Source: Gemmatimonadales bacterium
GTDB taxonomy: Bacteria > Gemmatimonadota > Gemmatimonadetes > Gemmatimonadales > GWC2-71-9
DNA length: 64,000 bases
Reading direction: 5' to 3'
NCBI GenBank assembly: GCA_035280265.1
Contig: DATEGE010000194.1
Span: forward strand, 486 to 64,485
Shown here: piece after piece, positions 56,579 to 62,463 of the stretch
Numbering within the stretch: position 1 is the first letter of the stretch
Layout: each line of letters starts with the position of its first letter
Made by a program: the position numbers and the translations under genes
The notes under the pieces: generated by a model
Seen by the model: the letters and a program-made list of their open reading frames with translations, nothing else
Database searches by the model: none
What the model was told of the DNA's origin: nothing

Positions 56579-58177
56579 GTGATGCATGACGAGAGCCGGA
56601 CGAACGGCTGGAAGCGCCGCGTGGGCCGTATCCTGATCGTGCTCCTCTTGATTGCCGCGCCACTCGCGGGCTTGGCATGGTACAAGTTCTTCCGGGAATT
56701 GCCTCAGCCAAAGGCGATCACCGAGGATCCCGAGACGAACTTTCTCTACGGGTCAATCGGCTCCGAAAACCAAGCGGGTATCCCATACTGGATCGTGGTG
56801 GTGTTGCCCCGGATCTTCGACGACATGTTGCCCGGTCCCGGCGGCTACGCCTCGCTCGGCCTCCCGTGGAAAGAGGGGGTCGAGCTGCCAGCCGGCTTCT
56901 CCAAGAAGACCGTCGGCTTTCCGCGGGTCGGCTTCAATTGCGCCCTGTGCCACGCCACGCAGTACCGCACGGCGCCTGACGCGACCCCGACGATCGTCGC
57001 CGCCGGCGGCAGCAACACGGCGGACATCCAGGGACTGCTCGAGTTCCTCAGTCGGGCTGCAAACGATTCCCGCTTTGGATCCGAGACGATCATCGCCCAG
57101 ATCGACGTGGCGTATCGGCTGAGCTGGCTGGATCGGCTGCTCTACAAATTCGTGTTCATCCCGATCACCAAGAAGCGCCTGCAACAACAGGGGCGGTCCT
57201 TCGCCTGGGCCGCCCACCGGCCGCGTTGGGGCCCGGGCCGTGACGCGCCGATGAATCTGACCAAATTCAACTTCCTCGGGCTGCCCGTGGACTCGAGTGT
57301 CGACCACACCGACTTCCCGGCGATCTGGAACCTGCAGACGCGGGTGCAGGCCGGCCGAACGTGGCCCGGTGACGACGACGCGCTCACCGGGGATTGGTCG
57401 AAGGTCTCCGGCTACCGGCCCCGCCTGATGCTGATGAACCTCGATGGCGCAACGACATCGTTCCGCTCCGTGATACTCGATTCGGGTCTCGGACTCACTT
57501 CGCGCAGCTCTCCGTTCTTCCTTCGGCGCATGACGGAGCTCGAGACGTGGCTTCTAAAGCTGCCTCCGCCGAAGTATCCGCTGCCGGTGGATTCGGCCAC
57601 CGCGACGCGGGGCAAGGTGGTGTTCGAGCAACAATGCGCCATCTGCCACGCCAGCGGACGTGACAACCGCCTGGGCACCGTTATCCCGCTGCCAGAGATC
57701 GGGACCGACCCGGAGCGGGCGAACGCCTGGACGCAGCAGGCGGCCGACAGCGCTAACCGAGCCGTCCGCGACCAATTCGGGATTCATCGAACGCCGATGG
57801 TGAAGCCCGAGGCGGGCTACGTCGCCCTCCAACTGGACGGGATCTGGCTGCGCGGGCCCTATCTACACAACGGCTCCGTGCCCACGGTGCGTGCCCTGCT
57901 CGAGCCCGAGGAGCGGCGGCCCAAGGCGTTCTATCGCGGGTACGACGTCCTGGATCAGCGGAACCTCGGATTCGTATCCCGGCGCTGCACCGAACACTTC
58001 GCGGAGGCGCCCACCGGCGGCCGGTCGGGCGAGTCCCAATGGGGATGCATGCCCGACACCGACGGCTGGCGATACGACACGGCGGAGCGTGGGAACAGCA
58101 ATCGAGGTCACCGCTACGGGATCCGCCTGAGCGACGCTCAGAAGGCCGAGCTGGTGGAGTACCTCAAGACGTTCTGA
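56579..58177 (+). CDS. membrane-anchored dihaem c-type cytochrome, CCP/MauG-like (paralog)
   Basis: N-terminal TM anchor (ILIVLLLIAAPLAGLAWY), two CxxCH motifs (CALCHAT, CAICHAS) and LRGPYLHNGSVPTVRALLEP. Collinear similarity to 54397..56538 (GIPYW..V.LP.IF, FNCA.CH, KAELVEYLKTF / KAALIEYLKTF). Confidence 0.6.
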   Translation: MMHDESRTNGWKRRVGRILIVLLLIAAPLAGLAWYKFFRELPQPKAITEDPETNFLYGSIGSENQAGIPYWIVVVLPRIFDDMLPGPGGYASLGLPWKEGVELPAGFSKKTVGFPRVGFNCALCHATQYRTAPDATPTIVAAGGSNTADIQGLLEFLSRAANDSRFGSETIIAQIDVAYRLSWLDRLLYKFVFIPITKKRLQQQGRSFAWAAHRPRWGPGRDAPMNLTKFNFLGLPVDSSVDHTDFPAIWNLQTRVQAGRTWPGDDDALTGDWSKVSGYRPRLMLMNLDGATTSFRSVILDSGLGLTSRSSPFFLRRMTELETWLLKLPPPKYPLPVDSATATRGKVVFEQQCAICHASGRDNRLGTVIPLPEIGTDPERANAWTQQAADSANRAVRDQFGIHRTPMVKPEAGYVALQLDGIWLRGPYLHNGSVPTVRALLEPEERRPKAFYRGYDVLDQRNLGFVSRRCTEHFAEAPTGGRSGESQWGCMPDTDGWRYDTAERGNSNRGHRYGIRLSDAQKAELVEYLKTF

Positions 58178-59480
58178 AGCGGACCAGCTTCTCGGGGAAC
58201 GTGAAGGGCACGGGATCGCGAGCCAACACGTCGCAGTGGACGCTGAGACCAGACTCCGCGACTAGCATCGCGGCGGCTCCCTTACAGACGAACAGAATGA
58301 GCTCCCGCCCCGGACAATGGCGCGCGCCGCTCAGGAATACGTTCGGGTAGGCGGCTGCGGCCTTCGCCGGCGTATCCAGCCACCGCTCCGGATGAAAGGC
58401 ATTCGCTGTCTCATCGGCGGCCCGGTCGCGCTGCGTCAGCGAGAAGACGTGGAGGATTTCACTGCCCGGAGGAATGCGGGTGCCCATCATGACGTCCCCC
58501 GCGGGGGCCCGGTGAAACGTGCGGGTGACCGGTGGAAAGAGCCTTCCCGCCTCCAGGAGGCAGGCCTCGAGATAGCGCAATCGATCGATCGACGCGGGTG
58601 CGTCGAGTGGGCCCGCGCCGGCGATCTCGCGGCGCACCCCCGCGAGGACTTCCGGCCTCGACCCGATCAGCGCGAGGCCCCGGGCGAGGAGGTCGGCGCC
58701 GGAGCCTGAAAAGGTGAACATCCAATGCGGCATCTGCTGTAGCAGCGCCTCGGGGTTTCCATCCGCACCGGCCGCTCGCGCGATCCCGAGCAAGCTGGTG
58801 CGCGCCGCGCCGTCGGACCGTTGTCCCCCCTGTCCCGCCAGTCCCCCCCACGCTTGTCGCAGGCTGCCGTACAGCACGCGGAGCCGGCGCCGCTCGATGG
58901 CTCCCCACAGCAGGCGCTTGAGCGGACTCTGCACCAGGCCGAACAACACGCGAATGTCCGCGCTGAGGCGTTCGGGCGCAACGCGCTCACCGAAGACGAT
59001 GTTCAGCATCGCCTGTCCCATGCGGTCGCGAACATCCGCGACCGTCGCGACGGGCCCGGAGAACGCCCGGCGCGCGTGGCCGAGGAACTCACGCTGGAAG
59101 TCGTGCGGCCTCCCCGCGCACAGCACCCGCTCGTTGAAGGGACGCAGTCGCTGCCACGCCGCGTCGTCCGTGATGGTGAGCGCCTGGGGTGCCAGGTAGC
59201 TCATCGCCTTGCGTTTGAGCGTGCCAGCAACGTACGCCGTGGTGCGTGGCTGCCCGGCGAGAATGTGACGAGAGAGATTTTGGTCCGTCACAAGCAACAG
59301 TCGCAATGCGAGGAGATTCAGGACCACATTGGCGCTGTGGTAGCGCACCGTCAGGTCTTTCATCCAGTCGTGCAACACCAGGCTCGGGTCGAACGAACGC
59401 GGTGCGCGCACGGCCGCCTTCAGTAGCCGTGACCCCAGCCTGCAGAGATCGAGGAAGCTGGTCGTGGGATAAGTATTCAC
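58164..59480 (-). CDS. cytochrome P450 (atypical I-helix)
   Basis: Cys-ligand loop FLSGARHCPGRELILF, an ExxR-like EAGR and a PERF-like FHPERW. The I-helix region FSGSGADLL lacks the (D/E)-T pair. Start placed at GTG 59480, which shares one nt with the upstream stop (TAGTG). The track start at 59534 is an alternative. Confidence 0.75.
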   Translation of the reverse strand: MNTYPTTSFLDLCRLGSRLLKAAVRAPRSFDPSLVLHDWMKDLTVRYHSANVVLNLLALRLLLVTDQNLSRHILAGQPRTTAYVAGTLKRKAMSYLAPQALTITDDAAWQRLRPFNERVLCAGRPHDFQREFLGHARRAFSGPVATVADVRDRMGQAMLNIVFGERVAPERLSADIRVLFGLVQSPLKRLLWGAIERRRLRVLYGSLRQAWGGLAGQGGQRSDGAARTSLLGIARAAGADGNPEALLQQMPHWMFTFSGSGADLLARGLALIGSRPEVLAGVRREIAGAGPLDAPASIDRLRYLEACLLEAGRLFPPVTRTFHRAPAGDVMMGTRIPPGSEILHVFSLTQRDRAADETANAFHPERWLDTPAKAAAAYPNVFLSGARHCPGRELILFVCKGAAAMLVAESGLSVHCDVLARDPVPFTFPEKLVRFRTS

Positions 59481-62263
59481 TACTGCCGCGGCCCGAACGC
59501 CTCGTCCGATTCCGCGCCCTTCCTCGGCTTCCACTCGAGCGAGTAGTACTCCCCACGGTCACGGGCCCAGGGATCGAACGCGTTCACCACCTGGGTCAGC
59601 TCGGGCGTGAGCTCCGGGAGAGTACGGAGCAGTATCCGCTTCAGCGGAGACACTGGCTGGTGCTCGTGACCATTCACGGCTTGTTCCTCGTACGCAGGTG
59701 CCGGGCCGTTGTCATTGACCCAGTCGACGCCGAGGCTCGTGTAGAACTCCGGGCGAAAGCTGGACGTGAAGAAGCGGTCGCTGTAGAGGCGCCGCGAGGC
59801 GTTCAGGATGAAGACCACGAACTGCGTCTCCGAAATGGCGAAACCGTGCGGCCGGGTCGATTCGGCGAGCCAGCCGACCACCGTGTCGATGTCCTCGACG
59901 TTGTCGACCAGCGACCCGTCCGGGTGGCCGAGACAATCGTTGATCGCCCGGCCGCCGGTGTCCAGCTGAGCCAGGGTGATCACCTTGCTACTGTCACACC
60001 GATGTTGTCCATACACCTCGCGCAAGGTGGCTACCAGCTTGGCCTGCGCCTTCCGGTCCTCGGCACTCTCCGAGAATCGCTGGTCGATGAAGTCGTCGAA
60101 GCTCGTGAGTTGGCGCAGCCCGTATTGTCTTCGGAACTCGTTGAAGCGAGGGACGCCTCGCTCGCGATCGCGAATCAAGTCCAGGGCGGCCACGTCGAGC
60201 CTCTGCGTAGGGCTCGTGAGCCGGCGCATGTAGAGGTTCTGCAGGAAGCGCGGGTGGTTCTGGAGCGCGAGCAAGCCGAGGCGTTGCCGACCCATGCTCA
60301 GCGCCCAGTTGGCCAGCCCGCGTTCATGCATGAGATCGGTCGCCTTACCTCGAAACGTCGCGACGACGGGGATCTTCTGCGTGATGTCGTTGGGGTTCGC
60401 GACCTCTCGATATTCGATCAGGTCCGGCACCAAGGGATGGAGCCGGTAGACGGTCACGAACTCTTCCGGGAAGTTGAACGGCGAGCCGAAGTGATTGGCG
60501 CCACCGTTGACATCGTCCGGATTGGAGAGACTCCAATCCGGCTTGTGGCTGCCCAGTCCGAAGATCCCGGGGCCGGACGCAAGGATCGAATACCACGTGT
60601 TGGCGTCGCTGGCGGACGCTGATCGGCCCAGGTGCGACACCGCGGCGGCGAGTGCCTCCGAGACCCCGCTTTCCTTCCCCAGGAGCCCGTTCCAATTGCT
60701 GTTCATCCCGCGGTACAGAGGCTCGTCGTACAGCAGCTGCGTCGTCCACTCGATCGTGTGGATCTTCGCGATCTCCGCGGCAACGACGAGGCGCGCGGCC
60801 TCGAACAGCTCGTCGGGCGTGACATCGCGATACCGGATCACGTGCTGCGGGTTCGCAGGGTCGCGCAGTCCCGAATCCCCGTCGGGGTTCTGGGCCGTGC
60901 GGCGACGGAACTCGTCCACGAACTGATTGTGCTCGCGAGCGAAGACGTTGTGAAAGAAACTCAGCCCGATCGTCCAGTTGTCGGGGAACCCGGTGGCCTC
61001 TTGACCCGCCCAGTCCGGGTTCATCGGATCGAAGGGCGCCAGCACCGGGAGATACCCCTGCCGATCACCGGCGGCAGTCGCCGTCGGGACCGCGATCATC
61101 AGCAGCCGGGCAGGATCGCGCGGATCGCGCTTCACACGCAATCGGGAGCGTTGATCGTAGCCGTACAGTTGCGACGCGTCCCACCACGCCGTGTTCGTGT
61201 TCCGGAAGGTCTTCGGTGCCCGCGCCAGGTACTCGCGGCCGTCGCGCACGAACCGGCCGGGTGCGCTCGTGTCGCCCACGTAAGCCCGCTCCATCGCGTC
61301 GCCGGGCCGGCACCCGAGGCGTCCGGCCTCCGCCGCCGAGAGCGCGCAGCCCACGTTCATGTACTCCGAGCTGTTGTGCCCCTCTTCGAGGTGCGAGAAC
61401 CAGTCATGGGTCATGAACTGGATCCAGAACGCCGCCAGCACATTGAAGAACGGGGCCTTCTTGTAATCGCAATTGGCGTCCTTGGCGAACCTCGGCTTGC
61501 CGTAGCCATCCGCACAGGCTGCGCTGTCGGATTGGGCTCGCGTAAACAGCTTGCGACTGATCACCTGCGGATCCGGCCTCATCAGGCTCAACCGGTTGCC
61601 GTGACGGTTGCGGGTGATCTCGTTCAGGCCGGCATCTGGAAACGTGGTCTCGAACTCCACGTTTCGGGCGAACGGTGTTCCCGTGGACCCCATGAGGGGG
61701 TTGCGGATGTCGTTACAGATCCCGGTGAGCGTACGGGATCGGATGAGCGCGGCCCGGCAGAGCTGCGGTCCGCTGCCGCCTACCTCACGGTAGTTGGGAT
61801 GAGAGGGGGGCAGACGCATCTCGGGCCACGTCTTGAGCGCCGGCCCCTCGGTGCTGTCGCGACCCATCCGATACTGCGGGAAGGTGCCGTTGTTGTCGAA
61901 CAGGTTGAACTTGATGAGCTCGACGCGCTCGTACTCCAGGTCCACCAGCGCGCCGTTAACGCCTCGCATGTTTCGCGTCGACCAGAACGACTTCGTCGCA
62001 GCGTCCCCAGCACCGTAGTAGTTCGCCCAATCGACCCACGGCACGCCGCGCCGCTGCACCGCGGTTTCGCCGCCGCGGCACCGGGCGGTGCTCGATTGCA
62101 CTTTGGCTTGGAATCGATGGTCGCGACTCGCCGCGATGGGCCGCGCGCCGCTGCTGATATCATCGACGCAGCCCATGAGACTCGAGGCCACGCCCTTGGT
62201 CCTGTCGCAGGATGCCAGCGCGAGCGCCAGGCCGCCGGCCAGGAGACACGGAGTTCCGCGCAT
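59480..62263 (-). CDS. haem fatty-acid dioxygenase-like lipoprotein (animal haem peroxidase / cyclooxygenase superfamily, alpha-dioxygenase-like)
   Basis: FFNVLAAFWIQFMTHDWFSHLEEG (distal His region, very close to the plant alpha-DOX WIQFMIHDW signature), NTAWWDASQLYG, FPEEFVTVYRLHPLVPD (candidate catalytic Tyr), LIRDRERGVPRFNEFRRQYGL and VEDIDTVVGWLAE. Lipoprotein signal MRGTPCLLAGGLALALASC. ATG 62263 is preceded by GGAGG at 5 nt. Confidence 0.75.
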   Translation of the reverse strand: MRGTPCLLAGGLALALASCDRTKGVASSLMGCVDDISSGARPIAASRDHRFQAKVQSSTARCRGGETAVQRRGVPWVDWANYYGAGDAATKSFWSTRNMRGVNGALVDLEYERVELIKFNLFDNNGTFPQYRMGRDSTEGPALKTWPEMRLPPSHPNYREVGGSGPQLCRAALIRSRTLTGICNDIRNPLMGSTGTPFARNVEFETTFPDAGLNEITRNRHGNRLSLMRPDPQVISRKLFTRAQSDSAACADGYGKPRFAKDANCDYKKAPFFNVLAAFWIQFMTHDWFSHLEEGHNSSEYMNVGCALSAAEAGRLGCRPGDAMERAYVGDTSAPGRFVRDGREYLARAPKTFRNTNTAWWDASQLYGYDQRSRLRVKRDPRDPARLLMIAVPTATAAGDRQGYLPVLAPFDPMNPDWAGQEATGFPDNWTIGLSFFHNVFAREHNQFVDEFRRRTAQNPDGDSGLRDPANPQHVIRYRDVTPDELFEAARLVVAAEIAKIHTIEWTTQLLYDEPLYRGMNSNWNGLLGKESGVSEALAAAVSHLGRSASASDANTWYSILASGPGIFGLGSHKPDWSLSNPDDVNGGANHFGSPFNFPEEFVTVYRLHPLVPDLIEYREVANPNDITQKIPVVATFRGKATDLMHERGLANWALSMGRQRLGLLALQNHPRFLQNLYMRRLTSPTQRLDVAALDLIRDRERGVPRFNEFRRQYGLRQLTSFDDFIDQRFSESAEDRKAQAKLVATLREVYGQHRCDSSKVITLAQLDTGGRAINDCLGHPDGSLVDNVEDIDTVVGWLAESTRPHGFAISETQFVVFILNASRRLYSDRFFTSSFRPEFYTSLGVDWVNDNGPAPAYEEQAVNGHEHQPVSPLKRILLRTLPELTPELTQVVNAFDPWARDRGEYYSLEWKPRKGAESDEAFGPRQ

Positions 62264-62319
62264 GTCAACCTCCGCCATCACCGTCCAGCCCGGAGGTTAG
62301 GGCGTTGGGGGAGCGCGAA

Positions 62320-62359
62320 CAAGGGCGTTTTTGCGGCATCAAGGGGTGGTTTTGCGGCA
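62320..62359 (-). promoter_or_regulatory. tandem 21-bp-phased motif pair upstream of the dioxygenase-P450 genes
   Basis: Read on the minus strand: TGCCGCAAAACCACCCCTT ga TGCCGCAAAAACGCCCTTG. The proximal copy ends 56 nt before ATG 62263. Confidence 0.5.
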
Positions 62360-62371
62360 TGGCGCGACGGC

Positions 62372-62411
62372 TGTCGCACAAACGCCCTACCGTGCCGCAA
62401 AAAAGCCCTAG
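62372..62411 (+). promoter_or_regulatory. tandem 21-bp-phased motif pair upstream of the patatin-like gene
   Basis: TGTCGCACAAACGCCCTAC cg TGCCGCAAAAAAGCCCTAG. The proximal copy ends 52 nt before ATG 62464. Confidence 0.5.
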
Positions 62412-62463
62412 TCCGCGGGACTGCGGCTGCCAACTTGGAGTCGTCTCCGCTCTTGGAGTCGCC

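Noticed and set aside
62320-62359. Interpretation of the TTTTGCGGCA / GGGCG repeat as a sigma-54 (-24 GG / -12 GC) promoter.
   Set aside because: The GG to GC spacing is 8-9 nt rather than 10 in most copies. There is no TGGCAC-like -24 element. The orientation relative to the downstream genes is also wrong, because the motif reads TGCCGC...CCCTAG toward each gene.
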